The notes beneath the pieces are model-generated. The model saw only the letters and a list, made by a program, of their open reading frames with translations. It was not told where the DNA came from and did not search any database. The translations under genes were made by a program, and so were the position numbers. A DNA stretch of 37,995 nucleotides from Candidatus Saccharimonadia bacterium (GTDB lineage Bacteria; Patescibacteriota; Saccharimonadia; Saccharimonadales; SZUA-47): NCBI GenBank assembly GCA_938050265.1, contig CALLJT010000056.1, positions 1-37,995 on the forward strand, in the 5' to 3' direction. The first letter of the stretch is position 1; every line of letters starts with the position of its first letter. Shown in pieces: positions 14,817-23,899 of the stretch.

Positions 14817-15323
14817 TTAGTGCCAGCCACTTTTAATACGGATCCTCTTCCAGATCAATCCGTCGAGGAGTAGGTGGCTGAAATAGCCTGCGACGGCGAC
14901 TGTGTACGTCAGCCAGCCGACCGGGCCAATTGTCTCGCCTGAAATCAGCGATAGCGCCAGTATCGGTGTCGGTACCAGAAACATAGCAAGTTTAGAATGA
15001 GTCCACCCCCGATGTTTTCCGACGATCGGCGTCATCGCTAGCAATCCAAGGAGCGCTGAGAGCACAAAAAGTCCGTTCAGAATTAGGAATATATTCAGGA
15101 CGAAGCCGATAGAGTAAAACAGATTCTGCGCCTTCGAGTTCGTGTCGATGTCCGGCCAGATTGCAAACAGTACCGCTACGATCAGGAGGCCCAGGCTAAA
15201 CTGCCAGTCGTTTAGTACCTGCCCGGTAGTTGGTAGAAACCCGCTGGGTAAGTAGTTCAGGCTGCCGACAACTGCCACCCCTGCCATACCCCCACCAACA
15301 ACATGCCCTCGATAATTCGCCAT
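14817..15323 (-). CDS. Membrane-bound metal-dependent hydrolase, YdjM/DUF457-like
   Basis: 168 aa with 4-5 hydrophobic spans. Conserved His positions are typical of the family (N-terminal YRGHVVGG, HRGWTHS, SHLLLD). Confidence 0.55.
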   Translation of the reverse strand: MANYRGHVVGGGMAGVAVVGSLNYLPSGFLPTTGQVLNDWQFSLGLLIVAVLFAIWPDIDTNSKAQNLFYSIGFVLNIFLILNGLFVLSALLGLLAMTPIVGKHRGWTHSKLAMFLVPTPILALSLISGETIGPVGWLTYTVAVAGYFSHLLLDGLIWKRIRIKSGWH

Positions 15324-15359
15324 GCTCTCATTGTACAGGGAGTCGGTGGTACGTATCGT

Positions 15360-18026
15360 CTAATATCTAATTGATAGCTCAGAGATCGTGTAAGACGTGT
15401 TGGCGAGGCCAGTTTGGTCTTGGAGGACGAGTGCACCGATGTTGTCTGTCAGTGCGAATGCGCTAATAGGGATCGAAATGCTGTGGTACTGACCATCGCT
15501 GAGCGAACCGTCTGTGATGTAGCTATCGAGGTTCACTGAACCTACCTTGACACCAGCAGTACTGTAAACGTCTAGGTTGATGTTGCTCGCAGCGTTAGAG
15601 CCGTCTGCTCGGATGCGCAGGTTGACTGATGACACTTCTGCCGGGCTGATCGGTGCGAGTGCTCTGTGGAAGTAGACCCCCGCCCACGGCTGTGCGTACG
15701 TGAACGCGTATTCACCGTTCTGAGTGCTCACTGCAGTGTTCCATACGCCGTCGTCGTCCCATCCTGCCGCTGTTGTGCCGCCGCTGATCACGTCGATCTG
15801 TGCACCGGTTGGTGGATTGACAACGTCTGTAATGCTGATTACCGCTGCGTCACTGACCCACTGGAGGAGTTCTGACCAGTCGGAGCTGAACGTAGACGCT
15901 GCGAAGTAGTATGTTCCTTCTGGGACATTCGCATTCCAGTCAATCGAAAACGACTGTGACTCGCCCGCAGCAAACGTGACGTTTTCGAAAAACTCTTGCT
16001 GTACTTGGTTGCCTGCAGAATCGTAGATTTCGAGGTTTACTATCACTGCACCGTTAGTGCCGAGGTTCGTGAACGATGCGTCTACGTCAACGATGCTGTT
16101 TTGCTGTGCTGATGCTGGCGCGCTGGCTGAGCTGAACTGGACGTCTGCCTCAGTTGCGCCACCCGGGTTACGGTTGAGTACGTTGATATCAAGGGCGCTC
16201 TCGACAGGGATGAGCTGTTCTGCCCAGTCGCCGCTAAACGCACCAACCCAGTAGTAATATGGTCCAACTCCTGGTGGGAGCCAGTTGATACTGAAGTCTT
16301 TGGACTCGCCTGGTGCAAACGATATACCGCTAAGCGCAAGGTCTTCAACAGTGTCGTAGTTCTGGTCCATGATGAACATGTAGAGGCTGACAGTATCGGC
16401 GTCTCCGTCGTTTCGGAACGTAGTTGTGATATCCATAGCAGTGCCGACGTAGTTCGTAGTCGGTGAATTGGTGCTGCTGACATGTACCATGTCTGCTCCG
16501 CTGCCAACTGGTGCAACAACTGAAATTGTCCGGCTTGTTGTGGTTGATTCGCCAATATTGTTTGTTACCGTGAGGCTGACAGAATACGTACCGACTGAGT
16601 TGTAGGTTGTTGACGGATTAGGTGCGGTGCTTGTCACGCTGTTGCCGAGGTTCCACTGGTAACTGGTAATTGGGTCGCCGTTAGGGTCGGTTGAATCAGT
16701 ACCATCAAATGTGACGGTGTATGGTGCGGCGCCGCCAAACCCGGTTGCGTTTATGATCGCTGCTGGTGGTTGCGGGTTGGTGGTGTTCTGGTAGCGAATA
16801 CGCCGGACTTCGCCCGTGTAAATTGATATGTAGTAGACATAGCCATCAGGGCTGGTTTTGAATTCAACCGGGCCGTCAGCGTCGTTTGACAGGTCAACAA
16901 CTGCGTTCACCTGCCCGTTGTCAATGTCGAGGTACTGCATGCGGTTGAGTGAAAAATCACCGAACAGATAGTTGCCGCGTAGGTCTGCTGGGTATTCAGG
17001 GTGGAGTGCATATGCGCCACCAGTAACTGCGCCGACTCCCCCGTTATGGTCGTAATCGTGGATCGGGTCTATAGTTGCAGTGTTGATCGGGCAGCCAGGC
17101 AGTGCAGTGTAGCCACCGACAGTCGCGACGGTACCTTCGCGGCATGGCCAGCCGTAGTTGCCGCCTTTTTGTATGATGTTGACTTCTTCTTTCGTAAACC
17201 AGCCGACATCAGCGAGTGTGATCTGGTTTGTTCCAGGTCGGAAGTTGAACCGGTATGGGTTACGAAGTCCATATGCCCATACTTTTGACCTGTTTGCGCT
17301 GCTGTCACCGTTGTAGAACGGGTTATCGCTCGGTGCGCTCCCGTCAGTGTTGATGCGAATCAGCTTACCAGCGAGGCTGTCAATGTCTTGTGCTAGAAAC
17401 GCCAGTGGGTCTGGTGCAGTGAACCCTGCTCCGTCGCCAGTAGATACATATAGTTTGCCGTCTGCACCAAAGCGGATGCCACCGATGGTGTGACTAAGCG
17501 AGTCAGACGGTATGCAGTCGTCCGTGATTTGGTAGTCGTGGCATGATGGGTTTTGGGCTGTGCCACCGACGCTACCGAGCAGGATCTGCTCAGACCCTGC
17601 GACGTGTGAGTTGCCAGTTGTTTTGAGTTTCATAACGCGTGCGGTTTTTTTACCGGCAATGTTGCTTGGGTCACTATCATATGTGTACGACAGGTAGATG
17701 TAGCCGTTTGAGCTAAAGTTCGGGTCAACTGCGATGCCGAGCAGACCACGGTCATGGTGGTTGTTGACATCAGATATCTGATACAAGGGGTCAGCAAGCA
17801 GGTTGCCATTGGCATCAATTACGCGTACTGCTCCACCTTTTTCTGCGACAAGCACTCGTCCGTCCGGTGTGAAGTCGAGGGCGATTGGAATGTTCATCTG
17901 TCCACCAACCGTTTCGTTATAAAACGCTGGGTCTAGGTAGCTGCCAGCTGACACAAATGTCTGAAAGGCCCCAGACAGTACCCCAAACAGCAACGCAGCT
18001 GACATAAGTATTCGATTGATTTTCAT
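15360..18026 (-). CDS. Secreted multidomain protein: sugar-dehydrogenase-like (GSDH/sorbosone dehydrogenase) beta-propeller + PKD domain + two tandem ~105-aa CARDB-like repeats + C-terminal beta-sandwich-like domain
   Basis: Signal peptide (MKINRILMSAALLFGVLSGAFQTFVSA). Propeller motifs HDRGLLGIAVDP, HTIGGIRFGADGKLYVSTGDG, YGLRNPYRFNF, GGNYGWPCREG. PKD-like segment PYTVTFDGTDSTDPNGDPITSYQWNLG...YSVSLTVTN. Internal repeats span aa ~513-617 and ~628-733. Confidence 0.75.
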   Translation of the reverse strand: MKINRILMSAALLFGVLSGAFQTFVSAGSYLDPAFYNETVGGQMNIPIALDFTPDGRVLVAEKGGAVRVIDANGNLLADPLYQISDVNNHHDRGLLGIAVDPNFSSNGYIYLSYTYDSDPSNIAGKKTARVMKLKTTGNSHVAGSEQILLGSVGGTAQNPSCHDYQITDDCIPSDSLSHTIGGIRFGADGKLYVSTGDGAGFTAPDPLAFLAQDIDSLAGKLIRINTDGSAPSDNPFYNGDSSANRSKVWAYGLRNPYRFNFRPGTNQITLADVGWFTKEEVNIIQKGGNYGWPCREGTVATVGGYTALPGCPINTATIDPIHDYDHNGGVGAVTGGAYALHPEYPADLRGNYLFGDFSLNRMQYLDIDNGQVNAVVDLSNDADGPVEFKTSPDGYVYYISIYTGEVRRIRYQNTTNPQPPAAIINATGFGGAAPYTVTFDGTDSTDPNGDPITSYQWNLGNSVTSTAPNPSTTYNSVGTYSVSLTVTNNIGESTTTSRTISVVAPVGSGADMVHVSSTNSPTTNYVGTAMDITTTFRNDGDADTVSLYMFIMDQNYDTVEDLALSGISFAPGESKDFSINWLPPGVGPYYYWVGAFSGDWAEQLIPVESALDINVLNRNPGGATEADVQFSSASAPASAQQNSIVDVDASFTNLGTNGAVIVNLEIYDSAGNQVQQEFFENVTFAAGESQSFSIDWNANVPEGTYYFAASTFSSDWSELLQWVSDAAVISITDVVNPPTGAQIDVISGGTTAAGWDDDGVWNTAVSTQNGEYAFTYAQPWAGVYFHRALAPISPAEVSSVNLRIRADGSNAASNINLDVYSTAGVKVGSVNLDSYITDGSLSDGQYHSISIPISAFALTDNIGALVLQDQTGLANTSYTISELSIRY

Positions 18027-18201
18027 AGAATTATTGACCTCACTTTTCTCTTGTCTATAGAGTACTATACTATTCTTTACGATTAAAGTAACTATACCAT
18101 AAAGTATCTACATTGTACAAGCATTAGTATAATAGGGTTGAGGATAATTATTTGCTACACTACTATATAAACAACGCACAGACAAAAGCAGGAGCGCACT
18201 C

Positions 18202-19101
18202 ATGAATAAGACTTTATCAAATGGACAAGAAATTCCGATGCTCGGGCTCGGAACGTGGCAAGTGACCGGCGATGCCGTCGGTGCAGTAGTTGAGGCTGCA
18301 ATTAACGCAGGGGTGCGGCATATTGACTGCGCAATGATCTACGGCAATGAGGCTGAGATAGGCGTTGCGCTCAAACGCGTGTTTGACCAAGGGGTCGTCA
18401 CACGCGACGATCTGTTTATTACAGGCAAACTCTGGAACACCGACCATGCGCCAGAAGGCGTGTTACGTGCGTGCCAGAAGTCGATAGACGATCTTGGTGT
18501 CGAATACCTTGATCTGTACTTAGTTCACTGGGGTGTAGGGTTTGTGAACGGCGAAGGCATGGAGCCTTTGGACGAAAACGGGCTCGCGAAATTCAGTAAT
18601 GTACCGCTATATGAGACCTGGAGAGCAATGGAGAGCCTCGTGAGCGACGATGTAGTAAAAGGCATCGGCGTGGCGAACTACACGGCCCCTATGATCGTCG
18701 ATTTACTTGCGTATGCAACGGTCAAACCAGTTATGAATCAGGTTGAAGTGAATCCCTATTTTTCTCAGGAGTCACTTATCCATTTTTGTCAGTCACAGGA
18801 CATGATGGTGACAGCATATTCCCCGTTCGGATCCACTGGTGCTCCAGTGCGCGACAATGTACTCATAGCAAAACTAGCCGAAAAGTATGATGCTGATCCC
18901 GTCAAGGTGATCGTTCAATGGGCAATACAGAGGGATCTATGCATCATTCCTCGGACGAGCTCAGCTGAGCATGCTACAACTAACGCAGTGCTCCCCACGT
19001 TTGAGTTAACGGTTGATGAACTACAGCAAATTACTGATTTAGATCGAGGTGTGCGTTATTGTGACCCTGTTGGTTGGTGGGGCTTCCCGTACTTTTCATG
19101 A
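18202..19101 (+). CDS. Aldo/keto reductase (2,5-diketo-D-gluconate / aldose reductase-like)
   Basis: 299 aa with LGLGTWQ, HIDCAMIYGNE, LFITGKLWN, YLDLYLVHW and IIPRTSS motifs. AGGAG Shine-Dalgarno 7 nt upstream of the ATG. Confidence 0.9.
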   Translation: MNKTLSNGQEIPMLGLGTWQVTGDAVGAVVEAAINAGVRHIDCAMIYGNEAEIGVALKRVFDQGVVTRDDLFITGKLWNTDHAPEGVLRACQKSIDDLGVEYLDLYLVHWGVGFVNGEGMEPLDENGLAKFSNVPLYETWRAMESLVSDDVVKGIGVANYTAPMIVDLLAYATVKPVMNQVEVNPYFSQESLIHFCQSQDMMVTAYSPFGSTGAPVRDNVLIAKLAEKYDADPVKVIVQWAIQRDLCIIPRTSSAEHATTNAVLPTFELTVDELQQITDLDRGVRYCDPVGWWGFPYFS

Positions 19102-19109
19102 TGTTTTAG

Positions 19110-19230
19110 CGCTGACCCACAGTCACTTTCTTCTCCCGAGTAGCGTTTCGCGCAGAGACACCCCTAGCAGGGGTGTCTCTGGCTGCACTACGCTTATACT
19201 ACTCTTGAGAAAAAAGTGACTATGGGTCAG
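19110..19230 (+). mobile_element. MITE-like palindromic element, copy 1
   Basis: Terminal inverted repeats CTGACCCACAGTCAC.../...GTGACTATGGGTCAG. Perfect 13-bp central stem (19153..19165 / 19169..19181). Flanking 7-bp direct repeat GTTTTAG (19103..19109 and 19231..19237). About 92% identical, as reverse complement, to 37486..37604. Confidence 0.65.
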
Positions 19231-19290
19231 GTTTTAGTGTCAATAAACCTGCGCTGTTGCTACAATACTAGTAACAACGTGGAGGGTTCT

Positions 19291-20019
19291 ATGAGTGCAG
19301 TTGCAGAAATGGTGAACGGGGTTAAAACGTATGGCATGGGCGACACAGCTGTGCATGCGCTTGGGGGTGTCGATATACAGATCGACGACAAGCAGTTTAC
19401 GGCTATCATGGGTCCAAGTGGCTCAGGCAAATCAACATTACTTCAGTGTTTGGCAGGCCTTGACGATCTAACCAGTGGATCGGTGACGATTGCCGGAGTG
19501 AGTCTGCAGGGCATCTCTGACAAACGGTTGACGTTGCTGCGCCGAGAAAACGTTGGCTTCATATTCCAGGCGTTCAATCTCGTGCCTACTCTCACTGCCA
19601 GAGAAAACATCGTGTTGCCGTTATCAATTGCTCGTCACAAACCGGACGAACAGTGGTTTTCGACAGTCGTTGAAACCCTGGGTATCCACGACAGGCTGAC
19701 GCACATACCGAGCGAGCTGTCAGGTGGGCAGCAGCAGCGCGTTGCCGTTGCACGGGCGATGGTCAGCAAACCAGAAATTATTTTTGCAGACGAACCGAGC
19801 GGTAACCTCGACTCCAAATCGGGTGACGAATTACTCGGGTTTCTCAGGCAGGCCGTTGACACGCTTGATCAGTCGATTGTCATGGTAACGCATGACCCGC
19901 ATGCGGCATCGTTTGCGGATCGAGTCGTGTTCCTCGACGACGGCAAAATCGTACACGAACTGAAAAAACCGACAGAAACTAAGATATTTGATACGCTCAA
20001 AAAACTCGGGAGCAAATAG
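19291..20019 (+). CDS. ABC transporter ATP-binding protein (MacB/LolD/FtsE-like)
   Basis: Walker [10 protein letters not shown], signature [14 protein letters not shown], Walker [14 protein letters not shown] place the start at ATG 19291, with GGAGG at 19281..19285. The ORF-track GTG 19216 lies inside the MITE. Confidence 0.92.
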   Translation: MSAVAEMVNGVKTYGMGDTAVHALGGVDIQIDDKQFTAIMGPSGSGKSTLLQCLAGLDDLTSGSVTIAGVSLQGISDKRLTLLRRENVGFIFQAFNLVPTLTARENIVLPLSIARHKPDEQWFSTVVETLGIHDRLTHIPSELSGGQQQRVAVARAMVSKPEIIFADEPSGNLDSKSGDELLGFLRQAVDTLDQSIVMVTHDPHAASFADRVVFLDDGKIVHELKKPTETKIFDTLKKLGSK

Positions 20020-20021
20020 CT

Positions 20022-22589
20022 ATGTTGCGTCTTGCTTTCAAAAGCTTGTTTGGCCACAAGCTTCGCATGGTGTTAACTGCCCTTTCGATCATTATTGGGG
20101 TGGCGTTCGTTTCTGGGTCATTTATATTTACTGACAGTATTAGTTCTTCGTTTGAAGACGTGTTTGAGGGAGCGTACAGTAACGTCGATGTGTTAGTCGC
20201 ACCCCAAATCGAAAGTTTTTCCGAGTTCGAGCGCCCGTCGCTCGTACAGACGAGTAATCTTACTCTACCTAATGGCACGCTACAGACAGTCCAAGGTCAT
20301 CCAGACGTCGCGCGCTCAGAAGGGTCAGTAACTGGCGTACCGTTTCTGTTTAGTGCACAGGGCGAACAGCTGGGACTGCCAAATGCTCCGTGTTTCGGGT
20401 TTTCATGGGTAACTGAGCCAGATTTCAATATATTACGAATAGTGTTCGGAACAGCGCCTGTTGCAGCTGGTCAAGTTGCGATTGACCGTGCCACTGCCGA
20501 GCGCAATGACCTCGTCATCGGAGACACCGTTACCGTGCAAGCAGCAGCACAAGCTGAGACATTCGAAATCGTGGGCTTCGTTGCGTTAGGCGGAGACGAT
20601 CAAGAGTTTAGCGGTCCAGTGATTTCTGCATATGCACTCGAAGATGCACAGCGAATTTTCGATGTTGATGGCTATACACAGATTAGTGTTGATGCGGTTG
20701 ATGGAGTCGAACCACAAGCGATGCGCGACAACCTCGCCGCTATTTTGCCACAAGAAGGTATTTCCGTCGTTACTGCGGAGCAGCAGACCAGCAACGACTT
20801 AGAGCAGATCAACCAAGGGCTAGGGTTTTTGAACACGGCGTTGCTGTCGTTTGCGCTCATCGCGGTGTTTGTCGGTGCATTTATTATTCAGAATACCTTT
20901 CGAATCATAGTCGCCCAGAGGTCAAAAGAACTGGCGATGTTGCGTTCGATTGGCGCGACACGGTCACAGGTGTTGCGGGTTGTGCTGTACGAAGCACTTA
21001 TCGTCGCGGTTATTTCGTCGGTCATCGGTATTTTTGCTGGTATGGGTTTGTCTGCCCTGCTCCGCTGGGGTGCGGGTCTTGCAGGCATAGCATTGCCCAG
21101 CGGAAGCCTGACAGTTGAGCCACGCACAATCTGGGCATCGTTGATCGTCGGTGTTGTCGTGACGCTGTATTCTGCCCTACTACCAGCGTACAAAGCTTCA
21201 AAAGTGCCACCTATTGAAGCGATGAGAGAAACTATCACGCCGCCGAAGTCGCTTCGTCGCCGTGCGCTTGTCGGTCTCGCAATTGTTGTGTTCGGTGGGT
21301 TGTTGCTTGCCTATGGTTTGTTCAGTGCAGATGACAGCGTAGCGCAGATAGCTGGCACCGGTGCTGTTTTGATGTATGCCGGGGTCGCAGTGTCGGCGCC
21401 ACTTCTGAGCGGACCGATTGCAAGCATTGCTGGCATTCCGGCGACCGCAGCGCTTGGAGTGACAGGTAAGATTGCCCAACAGAATGCTCGTCGCACGCCA
21501 AGGCGTACAGCATCGACAGCATCAGCGTTGATGATCGGTGTGTCACTTGTCGTGTTCGCGTCAGTGTTTGCTGCCAGTACAAAAGCAACCATTGACGACA
21601 TTATCGGCAGTACGTTCCCGGGCGATATCATGGTGATATCTAAAAACATCCAGACGGACCCGTTTGGCGCGACGTTCAGTGCCGATGTCGCTGAACAGGT
21701 TGGGGGTCTTCCCGAACTTGAAGTCGTGTCTGCGATCAAATACAATTTTGCTAAGATCGCAAATAACGAAGAGCTCGTGATAGCAATTGATCCTGCCACG
21801 TTCGATGCAGTGATTAGCCTGAACCCTGCGACTGGGTCATACGATGCGCTGACCGCTCAGACAGTGTACGTAAAAGACACTACGCTTGAAGACAGCGGGT
21901 TACGCGTCGGTGACAGTATCGAGTTCGAATTTCCTGGAACGGGCGTACAGTCACTGGTGATCGCAGACAGTTTCTCAGAAGCGTTCGACGGGCCGTATGT
22001 CATATCAAGCGAGCTGTATGAGCAGCAGTTTTTTAGTGACGACGACCTCTACCTAGTAGCAAACGTCGCCGACGGAACGTCTGTACAGGACGCAAAAGAC
22101 GTCATCGAGACTGGCGTACTTGCTGGCTATCCTATTCTGCAGACGCAGGACCGCAACGAGCTCGTTGGACAAGCCAGGACACAGATAGATAGCGCGCTCG
22201 GCTTGCTATCCGTCTTGCTGGCGCTGGCTATACTTGTCGCCGTTCTGGGCATAATTAACACGTTAATCTTGTCAGTTAGTGAGCGTACACGAGAAATAGG
22301 CATGCTCCGAGCAATCGGCTTGTCACGCTCCCAGGTGTTTGGCATGATTTCGAGCGAAGGCGTTATTATCGCTGTGTTCGGTGTGCTGCTTGGTATCGTC
22401 ATGGGTACGTTTCTTGCATGGGCGATGTTACAGGCACTGAAAGACCTTGGATTTAGCGTATTCTCGTTCCCTGTCGGTCAGATCGCCATATATGTGCTTG
22501 CGGCCATCATCGCAGGTTCGGCGGCAGCCATCATTCCGGCTCGCCGCGCCTCCCGCATGAACATCCTCGACGCTATCAACTACGAATAG
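20022..22589 (+). CDS. ABC transporter permease with duplicated FtsX/MacB-type domains
   Basis: 855 aa. Two copies of the FtsX signature region (QRSKELAMLRSIGATRSQV... and ERTREIGMLRAIGLSRSQV...), each preceded by a large extracytoplasmic domain. Starts 2 nt after the ATPase stop. Confidence 0.88.
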   Translation: MLRLAFKSLFGHKLRMVLTALSIIIGVAFVSGSFIFTDSISSSFEDVFEGAYSNVDVLVAPQIESFSEFERPSLVQTSNLTLPNGTLQTVQGHPDVARSEGSVTGVPFLFSAQGEQLGLPNAPCFGFSWVTEPDFNILRIVFGTAPVAAGQVAIDRATAERNDLVIGDTVTVQAAAQAETFEIVGFVALGGDDQEFSGPVISAYALEDAQRIFDVDGYTQISVDAVDGVEPQAMRDNLAAILPQEGISVVTAEQQTSNDLEQINQGLGFLNTALLSFALIAVFVGAFIIQNTFRIIVAQRSKELAMLRSIGATRSQVLRVVLYEALIVAVISSVIGIFAGMGLSALLRWGAGLAGIALPSGSLTVEPRTIWASLIVGVVVTLYSALLPAYKASKVPPIEAMRETITPPKSLRRRALVGLAIVVFGGLLLAYGLFSADDSVAQIAGTGAVLMYAGVAVSAPLLSGPIASIAGIPATAALGVTGKIAQQNARRTPRRTASTASALMIGVSLVVFASVFAASTKATIDDIIGSTFPGDIMVISKNIQTDPFGATFSADVAEQVGGLPELEVVSAIKYNFAKIANNEELVIAIDPATFDAVISLNPATGSYDALTAQTVYVKDTTLEDSGLRVGDSIEFEFPGTGVQSLVIADSFSEAFDGPYVISSELYEQQFFSDDDLYLVANVADGTSVQDAKDVIETGVLAGYPILQTQDRNELVGQARTQIDSALGLLSVLLALAILVAVLGIINTLILSVSERTREIGMLRAIGLSRSQVFGMISSEGVIIAVFGVLLGIVMGTFLAWAMLQALKDLGFSVFSFPVGQIAIYVLAAIIAGSAAAIIPARRASRMNILDAINYE

Positions 22590-22619
22590 CGGTCTCCTGC
22601 CCGCACCCAAAACCTACTT

Positions 22620-22674
22620 TTCCACACCATACCCAAGAGGTTGAACCTCTTGGGTATGGTGTGGAAGGTTTTTT
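22620..22674. terminator. Bidirectional intrinsic terminator between convergent genes
   Basis: Perfect 21-bp stem (22620..22640 / 22646..22666), loop TTGAA, then GG + T6 (22669..22674). A-rich on the left side, which serves the opposite strand. Confidence 0.8.
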
Positions 22675-22695
22675 GGGGTTTTGGTGTTGGGGTGG

Positions 22696-23085
22696 TTAGG
22701 GTTTGTTTTTGGCGGCGTGGATTTGGGAGTGGTTCAGGCCAAAATAGTGGGCTACTTCGTGCCAGAGCGTTTCATAAATCTGTTCACGTAGAGCCTGTTC
22801 GCCGCGAAACATGTGCAGCATCGGGTAGCGGAATATAGTTATCACATCTGGTTGGATCGAAAGTGTTACACCTCCCCGCTTCGGCAATGGCACACCTTCA
22901 TATAGTCCGAACAACGCATCACAGCGTCGCAAACCCAGTTTCCTGCGCTGCTCATCGGAAGGTGTGTCTTCTACTACGATTGCGACGTTTTTCATCTTGT
23001 CCTGGTACTGCGCCGGTATGTTGTCTATCGCGTCCGTTACGAACTGTTCAAACTGTTGGTGTAGTTCGTTGTTCTCTGTATCCAT
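22696..23085 (-). CDS. Zincin-like metallopeptidase family protein (DUF1025/Zincin_1-like)
   Basis: HExxH in WHEVAHYFGL, plus NVAIVVEDTPSDE and ITIFRYP blocks typical of this ~120-aa family. I place the start at ATG 23085 (MDTENNE...), with TATACT (23093..23098, minus) 7 nt upstream. Confidence 0.8.
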   Translation of the reverse strand: MDTENNELHQQFEQFVTDAIDNIPAQYQDKMKNVAIVVEDTPSDEQRRKLGLRRCDALFGLYEGVPLPKRGGVTLSIQPDVITIFRYPMLHMFRGEQALREQIYETLWHEVAHYFGLNHSQIHAAKNKP

Positions 23086-23151
23086 GTACGGTAGTATAGA
23101 TGACTGACATAAACAATTTGAAAACATTTAAGTATTTGCTAAAATACTTAC

Positions 23152-23871
23152 ATGAATAAAGCATTTATATGGATCGCTATCGTGTTGGGTGGACTGTTCG
23201 GGCTGTTTATGCTGACAGCACCAACGACTGAAGAAGCCGCGCGAAACAATACCCCAAGTGTCGACACCTCTTCCCCGCTCGACCTCGCAACCGAAAATGC
23301 CGCGCCAAAACAGGTCGACGAATCTACTAAAACCAAATTATTTATAGGCAGCTCAACAGCACCAGTTACTCTTGTTGAATACGGTGATTTCAAATGTCCG
23401 GCTTGCGGGCAGTTTCACCAGGTGATCGGGCAAGAACTGCGACAAAAATACATCGATACAGGTCAGCTCAAAATTGAGTTTAGAAACTTTCCGTTCATAG
23501 GGCCTGATTCTGGGCGGGCGGCACGAGGTACGTATTGTGCGCACAATCAGGGTGGGTTTCAGGCGTACCACGACGCAGTGTATGACTACATGTGGGATAC
23601 ATACTACGCTAGTGGGAACTACGCATCTGAGTTTGAAGACATATTGACGACTGACCTACTCATCGAAATAGCTGGAGATTCTGTCGCAGACCAAGACAAG
23701 CTTCGCAGCTGTATCGATTCTGATGACGTAGACAGTATCATCAACGACGATGTTGCACTGGCACAATGGGCCGGTGTGACCGGTACGCCTGGGTTTACGT
23801 TCGACGGTCAGAAAATTAATGGGCCGCTCAGTATCGCAACCCTTGAGACGCTAATCAACACAAAACTGTAG
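23152..23871 (+). CDS. Membrane-anchored DsbA-family thiol:disulfide oxidoreductase
   Basis: N-terminal anchor (FIWIAIVLGGLFGLFMLTA) and a thioredoxin-fold CxxC active site in EYGDFKCPACGQFH. C-terminal GVTGTPGFTFDG (cis-Pro loop region). Confidence 0.85.
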   Translation: MNKAFIWIAIVLGGLFGLFMLTAPTTEEAARNNTPSVDTSSPLDLATENAAPKQVDESTKTKLFIGSSTAPVTLVEYGDFKCPACGQFHQVIGQELRQKYIDTGQLKIEFRNFPFIGPDSGRAARGTYCAHNQGGFQAYHDAVYDYMWDTYYASGNYASEFEDILTTDLLIEIAGDSVADQDKLRSCIDSDDVDSIINDDVALAQWAGVTGTPGFTFDGQKINGPLSIATLETLINTKL

Positions 23872-23899
23872 CCATAGTGCGCACCCGCTGGAGAGCATA

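Noticed and set aside
19216-19290. Longest-ORF N-terminal extensions given by the ORF track. Examples: 19216 for the ABC ATPase, 2691, 12745, 23127, 26969, 31322, 32605, 37408.
   Set aside because: The extensions start at GTG or inside a MITE, or overlap the preceding gene, or contain the TATACT/-10 box or Shine-Dalgarno that serves a downstream ATG. The family-typical N-termini begin at the internal ATG.
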